Part shown: positions 40,202 through 48,157 of the stretch, one piece after another | Position numbering within the stretch: position 1 is the stretch's first letter | Layout of the letters: the number at the start of each line of letters is the position of its first letter | Assembly: GCA_033762295.1 (NCBI GenBank) | Contig: JANRLW010000030.1 | Location: 1-59,792 of the forward strand | Origin: Capsulimonadales bacterium | GTDB taxonomy: Bacteria; Armatimonadota; Armatimonadia; Armatimonadales; Armatimonadaceae | Direction: 5' to 3' | Length of the DNA: 59,792 nucleotides | Made by a program: the position numbers and the translations under genes | The notes under the pieces: generated by a model | What the model saw: only the letters and a program-made list of their open reading frames with translations | What the model was told of the DNA's origin: nothing | The model's database searches: none

Positions 40202-42013
40202 TTACGATTCCTTGATTTTGTGCACCTTGTTGGTTTCGGGCGCCTCGAGGATGCGGGTCGTGCCGGACGGCCAGCGGATCTCCACCCGGTCGACTTTCGC
40301 GTTCTTGCCGAGGCCGAAGTGCGGTCGCCGATCGTTCTGGGCGCAGAAGCCGACGCCGCCGGAGACATATTGCGACTGCTTCCATCCGTTCCAGTGGACG
40401 GTGACCACCGCGCCGATGGCGCTGCGGTTGCTCCGGGTGCCTTCCAGATCGAAGCCGATCCAGTGATTTTCGGGCGTCACGTCGTTCCGATACAGGAGGA
40501 ACGGACCTTTCTGGTTCGCGACGAGAATATCGGCCTGACCGTTATTGTTGAGGTAGGCGTAGGCGATCCCCCGTCCGTCATGTCGGTCGGTAACCCCGAC
40601 CGCCTGGGCGACATCGGAAAACCGTCCCGCGCCGTCGGAGAGCCAGACGCGCTTCTGCTGGAATCCGGAAAGCGAGCGGCCCTTGATCGGCGGCCAGAGA
40701 AGGGCATCCTGGATGATTTCGGCATTGCCCTGCGCGACCTTGCTGTAATCATACCAGTAGGACTGGTTCGGATCGGCGGAGATGTAGCCGTTGACCAGGT
40801 ACAGGTCCTGGAAGCCGTCGTTGTTCAGATCGACGAACTGCGCGCCGAACGACCATCCGCCGAGTTCGACACCCATATCGCCGGCCAGATTGTCGTAGAC
40901 CAGTTCGCCCGGTCTGGCCGATGCCTTCGGCATCCAGAGGTTGTTCCCCTGAAGCAGGGTGGCCTCCTCGGAGATGTTGGAGACGTAGATGCCGAACTGT
41001 CCGGTATTGAGGACGTCTCCGAGCGCGGCGTTCATCCCGGCCTTGGGTTTATCGCCGACGCCCGACGCCGCGCTGATATTGCGGAAGCGTTTGCCGCCCT
41101 CGTTCTGCCAGAGTTCGGCTTTGCCGTAATCGTTGGCGAGGAAGATTTCGGGGAAACCGTTGCCGTCGAGGTCGCAGGCCGCGGCGGCCAGGGTCCAGGC
41201 CTTCGTATCGATGCCGACCTCGGCGGTGACATCGGTAAAGCGGCCGGTGCCGTCGCCCCGGAGCAGATATTTCCGGGTGCCGTTGGTGGCGTACTCGATG
41301 CTGTTCGGCATGATCCGGGTGCTGGGCAGGTTCCACAGGTTGTGCTTCTCATCGAAGTAGCCGCACATCAGGATATCGAGTTTGCCGTCGGCATCGTAGT
41401 CCAGCCAGAGGGCGACATTGCAGTTCATCCACTTCGGCAGACCGGCATCGGCGACCGGGGTGAACCGCTGTCCGCCCTCATTATGAAACAGGATCGCTTT
41501 GCCCCACTTGTAGACGAGGAGATCCTCGAATCCGTCGTTGTCGTAGTCGCCCCAGACCGCACCCATTACGCTGCCGTCGCCCACTTTGTTGAGATCGGCG
41601 ACGCCCATCGTGGCGGCGACATCTTCAAAGGTGCCGTCCTTCTTGTTTCGGAAGAGGTGGCACCGGCTGTTCTCCCCGCTGTCGGTCAGGAAGAAATCGG
41701 GCCATCCGTCCCGATCGAAGTCCGCGACGGCGACGCCCGCGCCCATATCGTTGATGCGCGGGAGAATGGGTTCGAGTTTGGGATCGAGTCTCGGCGCGGT
41801 GTGGACGACTTTCACGCCGCTTTGCGCGCTCACCTCGGTCAGCTGGAAACCATAGCGTGTTCGGGAGTCGCCCCCGGCGTGGGCGCCCCGGAACGTGGCC
41901 GATTCCGGTTGCGCGTTCCGCCGGCTTAAGGTGGCGGCGGTAGCAATAAGCCCGACAAAAAAGAGCGTGACGAATAGACGGGGAATAAGAGTTTGTTTGA
42001 GACCTTGCTTCAT
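40202..42013 (-). CDS. CRTAC1-family FG-GAP repeat plus ASPIC/UnbV domain protein
   Basis: Repeated DFDRDGWPD/DYDNDGFED/DLNNDGFQD motifs; C-terminal SNRSAIGA..HFGLG..EIRWPSG; ATG at 42013 begins an N-terminal TM/signal. Confidence 0.9.
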   Translation of the reverse strand: MKQGLKQTLIPRLFVTLFFVGLIATAATLSRRNAQPESATFRGAHAGGDSRTRYGFQLTEVSAQSGVKVVHTAPRLDPKLEPILPRINDMGAGVAVADFDRDGWPDFFLTDSGENSRCHLFRNKKDGTFEDVAATMGVADLNKVGDGSVMGAVWGDYDNDGFEDLLVYKWGKAILFHNEGGQRFTPVADAGLPKWMNCNVALWLDYDADGKLDILMCGYFDEKHNLWNLPSTRIMPNSIEYATNGTRKYLLRGDGTGRFTDVTAEVGIDTKAWTLAAAACDLDGNGFPEIFLANDYGKAELWQNEGGKRFRNISAASGVGDKPKAGMNAALGDVLNTGQFGIYVSNISEEATLLQGNNLWMPKASARPGELVYDNLAGDMGVELGGWSFGAQFVDLNNDGFQDLYLVNGYISADPNQSYWYDYSKVAQGNAEIIQDALLWPPIKGRSLSGFQQKRVWLSDGAGRFSDVAQAVGVTDRHDGRGIAYAYLNNNGQADILVANQKGPFLLYRNDVTPENHWIGFDLEGTRSNRSAIGAVVTVHWNGWKQSQYVSGGVGFCAQNDRRPHFGLGKNAKVDRVEIRWPSGTTRILEAPETNKVHKIKES

Positions 42014-42221
42014 CGCGTTGCCAATGCGGCTCCTTGCCTGAGTCCGCGCCGAGGTCGTCGGGCGGACAAACCCTGCGGCGGGGACACAAAACGAACTCCC
42101 GCCGTTTGCCGCCATTGTATCGCAGTTTCCGTGGGCTCTGCCTCCCCCGAACATCCGATGGCCGGACCGGAACCGACAGGATTTGTCATGGGAAATCGCA
42201 TATAATCGAATCATGGAAAGG

Positions 42222-42241
42222 CATACCGAACGGTAGGTATG
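42222..42241. promoter_or_regulatory. TetR operator 1
   Basis: CATACC-GAACGGTA-GGTATG inverted repeat just downstream of TATAAT (42201-42206); near-identical copy at 42976. Confidence 0.75.
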
Positions 42242-42262
42242 TTTGCGGTGTTCAACTGACGA

Positions 42263-42898
42263 ATGATCAGGGAATCGAATTCGACGCCCGAAAAGAAACG
42301 CCGACTGCTCGACGCCACCGTGCGCCTGATGCTCCGCCAGGGTTTCGCGGCGACGACCGTCGATCAGATCTGCACCGAGGCCGGGGTGACCAAGGGCAGT
42401 TTCTTTCACTACTTCACCGGCAAGGAGCAGATCGCGCAGGCGGCGATCGAGGTCTGGTCGGACGGCTGGCTCGATCTTCTGGCCCGCTCCGGACTGGAGC
42501 GTATACCCGACCCCCTGGACCGGCTGAAGCGTCTGCTGCAACTCCTGGAGGAAACCTATCCGCACCCGGAGACCGAGATCGGGTGCATGATCGGGACCGT
42601 CGCGCAGGAGGTCGGTCCCTCGAACCGCACCCTCGGCGATCTTTGCGAGCGACACCTGGACGGCTGGGCGCAGGGGGTCAGCAAGGTGCTGGCGGAGGCG
42701 AAGGCGGCCCATCCGCCGCGCGTCGACTTCGATCCGGACCGTGTCGCCGACCTGATGCTGGCGATCGTTCAGGGAACCCTGCTCGTCGCCAGGACACGGC
42801 AGGGACGCTCGGTGATCGACAATAACCTCCGCCATTGTCGGGAGTACGTCCTCAGCCTGTTCGGCGACCCGACCGATCCGGTGTCGGCCACCCGGTGA
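42263..42898 (+). CDS. TetR/AcrR-family regulator (NemR/LmrA-like)
   Basis: GFAATTVDQICTEAGVTKGSFFHYFTGKE; GCMIG. Confidence 0.95.
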   Translation: MIRESNSTPEKKRRLLDATVRLMLRQGFAATTVDQICTEAGVTKGSFFHYFTGKEQIAQAAIEVWSDGWLDLLARSGLERIPDPLDRLKRLLQLLEETYPHPETEIGCMIGTVAQEVGPSNRTLGDLCERHLDGWAQGVSKVLAEAKAAHPPRVDFDPDRVADLMLAIVQGTLLVARTRQGRSVIDNNLRHCREYVLSLFGDPTDPVSATR

Positions 42899-42975
42899 AA
42901 AAACCGTAGAAATTTCAGGTTATCTTTTTCCGTCTCCTCTGCCTTCGGCTCAGTACGGGGGCAAGCCAGCCGATA

Positions 42976-42995
42976 CATACCAAACGGTTGGTATC
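42976..42995. promoter_or_regulatory. TetR operator 2
   Basis: CATACC-AAACGGTT-GGTATC immediately before the RBS of the VOC gene. Confidence 0.75.
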
Positions 42996-43009
42996 TTAAG
43001 GAGCAAGAG

Positions 43010-43474
43010 ATGTCCGAAAACCGAAACACGCCCCCGACCACCCTTTCCCCGCATCTGACCTGCCGTCAGGCCGCCGAGGCCGTCGAGTTCTATCGCAAGG
43101 CGTTCGACGCCAACATCGTCCATGTCCTGACGCTGCCCGACGGCCTGGTCGCGCACGCGACCCTGACGATCGGCGAGGCGACGGTCTACGTGACCGAGGA
43201 GTGCCCGGAGCAGAAGCGTCTCGGCCCGCAGGGCCTCGGCGGAACCCCGGTGACCCTCCATCTGCAGGTGTCCGACTGTGATACGGTCTTTCGCCGCGCG
43301 GTCGAAGCGGGATGCCAGGTTCTCATGCCCCTGGAGGACCAGTTCTGGGGCGACCGTTACGGGCTGGTTTCGGACCCCTACGGCCACCAGTGGGCGGTCG
43401 CGACGACGATCCGCCCCATGAACACCGAGGAGCTTCGATCCGCGATGGAGACCGCCTTCGCCGAACCGGCGTAG
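43010..43474 (+). CDS. VOC/glyoxalase (PhnB-like) protein
   Basis: AVEFYRKAF, HATLTIG, DQFWGDRYG..DPYGHQW. Confidence 0.92.
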   Translation: MSENRNTPPTTLSPHLTCRQAAEAVEFYRKAFDANIVHVLTLPDGLVAHATLTIGEATVYVTEECPEQKRLGPQGLGGTPVTLHLQVSDCDTVFRRAVEAGCQVLMPLEDQFWGDRYGLVSDPYGHQWAVATTIRPMNTEELRSAMETAFAEPA

Positions 43475-43600
43475 GGCGTTCACGGGTGGTGTCGGGTAGT
43501 GTCGGGTGGTGTCGCGGGCGTCCGACGGGCGTTCCTCCGACACCACCGGAACCCGGGGAAACGCAGCGACCGGAGGATTGACAATGAAAGGAAAAATCGT

Positions 43601-44323
43601 ATGACGGAAGAAAACATCGCCCATCCGCCCGTAGCGGACCCGGAAGAGTGGCGGGCGGCCCGTCTCGAACTGCTGGCCGAAGAAAAGGAACTCACCCGCC
43701 GTCGGGACGCCGTAAACGCTCGCCGTCGCCGACTGCCGATGACCCCGGTGGTAAAGCCGTACCGCTTCGATGGTCCGGGCGGCAAGACCGGCCTGCTCGA
43801 CCTGTTCGAGGGCAAGCGTCAGCTGATCGTCTACCACTTTATGTTCGACCCGGAGTGGGAGAAAGGGTGCGGCGGGTGTCCCGGTTTCGTCGATGCGCTG
43901 GGCGACCTGTCGCTGCTCGGAGAGCGGGATACCCGCTTCGTTCTGATCTCTCGTGCGCCGCTGCCGAAACTGGAAGCCTACAAGGCGGCGCGGGGATGGG
44001 ACCGGCCCTGGTATTCCTCCTTCGGCAGCGATTTCAATTATGACTTCCATGTGACCCTAGACCCGTCGGTCGCGCCGGTCGAGTATAACTTCAAGCCCGT
44101 GACCGAACCCGGCGCGGATTCCGGCGGACCGCGAGGGGAGTCCCATGGCCTGAGCGTCTTTTTCCGGCTCGGCGACCGCGTTTTTCATACGTACTCGGTG
44201 TATGCGCGCGGCGTGGAGACCCTGTCGGACGCCTATGCTTTGCTGGACGTCACGCCGTACGGTCGTCAGGAGGACTTCGAGGACTCTCCGGTCGGCTGGC
44301 CGCAGCGTCCTACCTACGGGTAG
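43601..44323 (+). CDS. DUF899 (thioredoxin-like) protein
   Basis: [48 protein letters not shown]. Confidence 0.92.
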   Translation: MTEENIAHPPVADPEEWRAARLELLAEEKELTRRRDAVNARRRRLPMTPVVKPYRFDGPGGKTGLLDLFEGKRQLIVYHFMFDPEWEKGCGGCPGFVDALGDLSLLGERDTRFVLISRAPLPKLEAYKAARGWDRPWYSSFGSDFNYDFHVTLDPSVAPVEYNFKPVTEPGADSGGPRGESHGLSVFFRLGDRVFHTYSVYARGVETLSDAYALLDVTPYGRQEDFEDSPVGWPQRPTYG

Positions 44324-44324
44324 G

Positions 44325-45344
44325 CTAGCCGGTCGCGAACTCGGCTTTCAGAGAGGCGGTCATCCGACGCCAGGCGGCGATCAGACGATCGTCCTCCGGC
44401 ACCTCGTCGCTGTTCCGGATTTTCCCGGCGGCGGCGAGGTTTTCATGGACCCGCCGCATCCCCTCGGCAACGGTCGTACGATACGTGTATCCCAGGTCCG
44501 CTTTCGCGGCGGACGGGTCGAACGAGTTATTGTAGGAGAAGTTGACGAGAGTGATAAAAGCCCGTTTGTCCAGTTCGTAGAGCAGATCGGTCGGAATCCG
44601 GACGATCTCCGGCTCCGGCGCGCCGATCGCTTCGGCGACGATGCGATGATATTGCTCCCAGGTGATGCATTCGTCGCCGGGGAGATGATAGCTTCGCCCG
44701 AACGCCTTCGGGTTGCCGATCGCGTTGACGAAAGCGGTCGCGCAATCGTCGCGATGTACGGACGACCAGAGCGAGCGTCCGTCGCCGTGAACGATGATCG
44801 GTTTTCCTTTTGCCAGACGGTCCAGGTGATAGGTGTCGCCGCCGAATGTATGCAGAACCGCGCCGTAATCCCCGTAGGTATGGACCGGGCGCAGCACCGT
44901 GAACGGGTGCCGTTCCCGTTCGTACCGGTCCCACAGAATCCGTTCGCATTCCGCCTTTTTCCGGGAATAGTCCCAGGCGGTCGGTCCGAACGGCTCCGTT
45001 TCCGTGATCGGGTACGTCGACGCCGGGTGCGCATAGACATCGACCGTGCTGCAGAAGATCAGGTGGCCGGTCCGACCGCCGAACGCGCGAAGGAGGCTGT
45101 TTATATCTTCGGGGGAGTAGCCGATCATATCGATCACGGCGTCGAACGTTCCCAGCTCGGCCATCCGCGCTTCGAACGCCGCGTGGTCGTACCGGTCCCC
45201 GGTCAACGTCGTCACCTGTCCCTCGAACTCGGTCGAACGCTGACCCCGGTTGAAATGGAAAATGTCGTAACCGCCCCGGTCGAGCAGTTGCCGGGTAATG
45301 CCGGCGCTGATAAGACCGGTGCCGCCGAGGAGGAGTATACGCAT
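44325..45344 (-). CDS. NAD-dependent epimerase/dehydratase
   Basis: LGGTGLIS, FNRG, YSRKK, LRPVHTYG. Confidence 0.9.
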   Translation of the reverse strand: MRILLLGGTGLISAGITRQLLDRGGYDIFHFNRGQRSTEFEGQVTTLTGDRYDHAAFEARMAELGTFDAVIDMIGYSPEDINSLLRAFGGRTGHLIFCSTVDVYAHPASTYPITETEPFGPTAWDYSRKKAECERILWDRYERERHPFTVLRPVHTYGDYGAVLHTFGGDTYHLDRLAKGKPIIVHGDGRSLWSSVHRDDCATAFVNAIGNPKAFGRSYHLPGDECITWEQYHRIVAEAIGAPEPEIVRIPTDLLYELDKRAFITLVNFSYNNSFDPSAAKADLGYTYRTTVAEGMRRVHENLAAAGKIRNSDEVPEDDRLIAAWRRMTASLKAEFATG

Positions 45345-45481
45345 CGTCGCTTTCCCTTGGATCGAGGATATGCAACGATTCGTGGTGAAGGGGAACGATC
45401 CCTTCCGCCCGGAAGAAATTCCCGACAGGAAAAAATCGAGTTACCGGGAACGTAAACGCAAGTGGCTGTCGTTTATATAGT

Positions 45482-45591
45482 GAAGGGGAGTAGTCGCCCT
45501 GTTCGGGGAGCGTCGGATCGCCATTTCGAGGTAACGGAAGCATGGATGCTTGCATCGCCTCCGGTCCGTCGTATCAAAGGACCAGACCTTC
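45482..45591 (+). ncRNA. yybP-ykoY (Mn2+) riboswitch
   Basis: GAAGGGGAGTAGTC...GGATCGCCATTTCGAGG..CCTCCGGTCC...GGACCAGACCTTC; P1 GAAGG/CCTTC with recognisable L1 and L3 motifs; competing GAAGGT at 45651. Confidence 0.88.
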
Positions 45592-45692
45592 GATCTTATG
45601 TCCGGCGTTTTTGCGGACAGGGACCGAAGTTCGCTTCATCTCCCTGCCGCGAAGGTTGCCGTAAATCCTGAGCAATGGAAAGGGCTTCCTCA

Positions 45693-46082
45693 ATGCGGAG
45701 CAAATTTATGTTAACCGGGGCGGCGATCCTGATCGGAAGCGCGGTTCCGGCATTCGCGCAGGTGCCGGCGGGCACACAGTCGGTTTCCCTGACGCCGACG
45801 ATCCAGCGGGATTATCTGGTCGAGAGCGGCAAACGTCCGGTTCGCGCGTCGGAACGTCTGCGATCTTCGGAACGGCGAACGCCGGTTTCGTCCCCGGTCG
45901 CGTCCGAAGGACAGTTCGTCCGGAACGGCAAGTCGCTGGTCTGGGTGCCGAACGAGCAGCTTCCGGACTATCTGGATCAACTGGCGCGCAGCCGTAAGGT
46001 CGCGACATCGGAAACCCGCCCGAGCAGCGGCCGATTCATCCGGCAGGGAAAAGCGTTGATCTGGCAGGAGAATGAAGGCTAG
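45693..46082 (+). CDS. Small secreted hypothetical protein with a duplicated motif
   Basis: Signal peptide (..PAFA|Q); GQFVRNGKSLVW and GRFIRQGKALIW; GGAAAGGG RBS. Confidence 0.75.
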   Translation: MRSKFMLTGAAILIGSAVPAFAQVPAGTQSVSLTPTIQRDYLVESGKRPVRASERLRSSERRTPVSSPVASEGQFVRNGKSLVWVPNEQLPDYLDQLARSRKVATSETRPSSGRFIRQGKALIWQENEG

Positions 46083-46273
46083 TATAAAGACTGGTACAAA
46101 TTTCTGCTGATTAGGCGGAACCCGGGGGGGAACCGGCCCGTCTTTCGGGTACGGAACCCTTCGCGGTAACCACCGCCGATGTTTTCCGGAGCGTCGGGCC
46201 AGTTTCGCATCTCACCCGTGGGGATCGCGTATGGCGAGGCAGCCTACTGTCTTTGGCCCCGGTGAAGAAGCGG

Positions 46274-46315
46274 ACCCTCGAAAGCGCGGCGAATGCCGCG
46301 GTTTTCGAGGGTTTT
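46274..46315 (+). terminator. Intrinsic terminator
   Basis: ACCCTCGAAAG-CGCGGC GAAT GCCGCG-GTTTTCGAGGGT-TTT. Confidence 0.7.
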
Positions 46316-46416
46316 GCTCGTAGGAATGCCGGTCTTCCGGCGGTTCGTCCCGCGCCGATAATGTACGCAGGAGCGGCATCATCGGACGCAGCGGAGAGAG
46401 CGAAGACAGGGTAGCG

Positions 46417-47607
46417 GTGGCGGACGGCCTGCGCGGGCTGGCGATTCTGCTGGTCGTCCTGCTTCATACCTGGGAAATTACCTGGGTGAACTACACGCGT
46501 CTGTTGCATCTGCCGTTCCCCGTGAACTTTATCCCCGCCACCGGATTCCTGGGCGTCGACCTGTTTTTCTTTCTCAGCGGGTTCTGTCTGACCCTGCCGT
46601 ACGCACGCCACCGTTTCGAATCCGCTCCCGAACCGACGGTCCGTCATTTCCTGATGCGCCGCGCCGCCAAGATCCTGCCGTCCTACTGGCTGACGGTCGC
46701 GGTGACCTTTTTCCTGCTGCCGCATCCCAATGTCACGGCGGACCGCCTGCCGTTCCATCTGCTGACCCACCTGCTCTTCGTGCACAACTGGTTTTTTGAG
46801 ACCGGGATCAACAGCATTCACGGGGTTTTCTGGTCGCTGGCGGTCGAGGTGCAGTTTTACGCGTTGTTTCCGCTCCTGATCGGTTTTTTCCGCCGTTCGC
46901 CGTGGCTGACCGTGGCGGGGATGACGGCTGTGGCTCAATGCTGGCGGGCGTTCGTGCTCTTTCTGTTTCGGATGGATCAGGATGTGGTGATGATGGATTT
47001 CCGTGACCTGAATCCGGCCGGTTATCTGGATCTGTTCGCGGCGGGGATGGCGGCTGCCTGGGTTTTCATGCAATGGCGGCATCGAGAGGGTGTGCGGCGT
47101 TCGGCCCTGTTGTTTACCGTGATCGCCCTGGTCGGGTTCCTCGCGTTGCTCGGCCTGATGCGCGCCTGCTATGCCACGGCTCCGAGCGGCGATCCGCTGC
47201 GGGTCTGGCATCTGCAGTTTCGTCTGGCACTGTCCGTGACGTTTGCCGTGGTGATGATCGGGTCCGTTTTTGCCGTTCGTCCGTTCCGGGCGATTGTCGC
47301 AAACCGTGGGATGACCGCTCTCGCCTTCATCTCCTACAACCTCTACCTCTGGCATCAATGCGTCGCCCGCTGGCTGAACGAACTCAACCTTCCGCCCTCA
47401 CGCATGGCGGACCGGCATGAGGATACGGTGTGGCAGGTGACCTTTCTTCTCACGGCCTGGTCGGTAAGTCTCCTGCTCGCCACTCTGCTGACCCGCTACT
47501 GGGAGCGCCCGTTCCTGCGCGGGGAACGGCTCCGGTTCCGGCCTCCGGGACGGCAAACGGCTATTCCGGGGCCGAATCGCCCAGGCCTCGCAGAATCTCC
47601 CGAATAG
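46417..47607 (+). CDS. Acyltransferase family 3 (OafA/YrhL-like O-acetyltransferase)
   Basis: DGLRGLA, GVDLFFFLSGF, RRAAKILP, WSLAVEVQFY, ISYNLYLWH, WERPF; true start may be ATC at 46378/46381. Confidence 0.92.
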   Translation: MADGLRGLAILLVVLLHTWEITWVNYTRLLHLPFPVNFIPATGFLGVDLFFFLSGFCLTLPYARHRFESAPEPTVRHFLMRRAAKILPSYWLTVAVTFFLLPHPNVTADRLPFHLLTHLLFVHNWFFETGINSIHGVFWSLAVEVQFYALFPLLIGFFRRSPWLTVAGMTAVAQCWRAFVLFLFRMDQDVVMMDFRDLNPAGYLDLFAAGMAAAWVFMQWRHREGVRRSALLFTVIALVGFLALLGLMRACYATAPSGDPLRVWHLQFRLALSVTFAVVMIGSVFAVRPFRAIVANRGMTALAFISYNLYLWHQCVARWLNELNLPPSRMADRHEDTVWQVTFLLTAWSVSLLLATLLTRYWERPFLRGERLRFRPPGRQTAIPGPNRPGLAESPE

Positions 47608-47812
47608 CCGCACTCGGTCCCTGTCCGGTCCGTTCGCAGTAGTCCATCAGCCGGTCGCAACTCTCGTTGTCGAGGCGAACGGAGATGCGAAACGGACAGA
47701 GGGCCGAGTTTCGCTTGCGTCCGGAGCGATCTCGTGGCCCACCCCACCGGGCGCTGCTCTCCCTGACGACATTTTCGGTGTTTTTGATTTCGGGTGTCAT
47801 CTCGGATGCCAT
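47561..47812 (-). CDS. Ribbon-helix-helix DNA-binding protein with AT-hook-like motif
   Basis: WGGPRDRSGRK, then RISVRL (beta strand), NESCDRLMDYCERTG (helix), PSAAIREIL (helix); divergent from the head cluster. Confidence 0.7.
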   Translation of the reverse strand: MASEMTPEIKNTENVVRESSARWGGPRDRSGRKRNSALCPFRISVRLDNESCDRLMDYCERTGQGPSAAIREILRGLGDSAPE

Positions 47813-47824
47813 TTCCTCCCGGAA

Positions 47825-47866
47825 TGGATTTATCATGGAAAACAGATGTTTGCTATGAAAAATTCA
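47825..47866. promoter_or_regulatory. AT-rich imperfect palindrome in the divergent control region; LexA-box-like core
   Basis: TGGATTTATCATGGAAAACAG|ATGTTTGCTATGAAAAATTCA; core AAAC-AGAT-GTTT. Confidence 0.55.
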
Positions 47867-47884
47867 CGGAAAGGAAGCAGGGAG

Positions 47885-48157
47885 ATGACCACAGCGGAAG
47901 TGATCGGCCTTCTCAAGGAGATGGCGGTCGTGGTGACCGCCGTTTCCGGGTTGATCGCCTCTCTGGCCGCTCTGCGCACGGGCAAACGGGCATATGATGC
48001 CGCCGCCCGCGCACAGGAGGCGGCGACCGAGGCGCAGACCCGGGCGACGGAGGCGGTACGCGAACAGATTCATTTCGCCCTCAAGCGGGCGGCGGTACGG
48101 GAAAGGAGCAAGCATGAACCGGATACGACTGGCAAACACAACGACGGCGACGTTTAA
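47885..48157 (+). CDS. Small single-TM coiled-coil protein, holin-like
   Basis: MAVVVTAVSGLIASLAAL hydrophobic helix followed by a charged helical tail; first gene of the module. Confidence 0.5.
   Translation: MTTAEVIGLLKEMAVVVTAVSGLIASLAALRTGKRAYDAAARAQEAATEAQTRATEAVREQIHFALKRAAVRERSKHEPDTTGKHNDGDV

Noticed and set aside
42014..42835. 877-aa extended version of the UnbV ORF
   Set aside because: The extension is antisense to tetR; the signal-bearing start is at 42013
46100..46270. Assignment as ydaO, NiCo, M-box or cobalamin riboswitch
   Set aside because: Only short 5' similarities; the diagnostic 3' motifs are missing, so it is kept as an unassigned RNA
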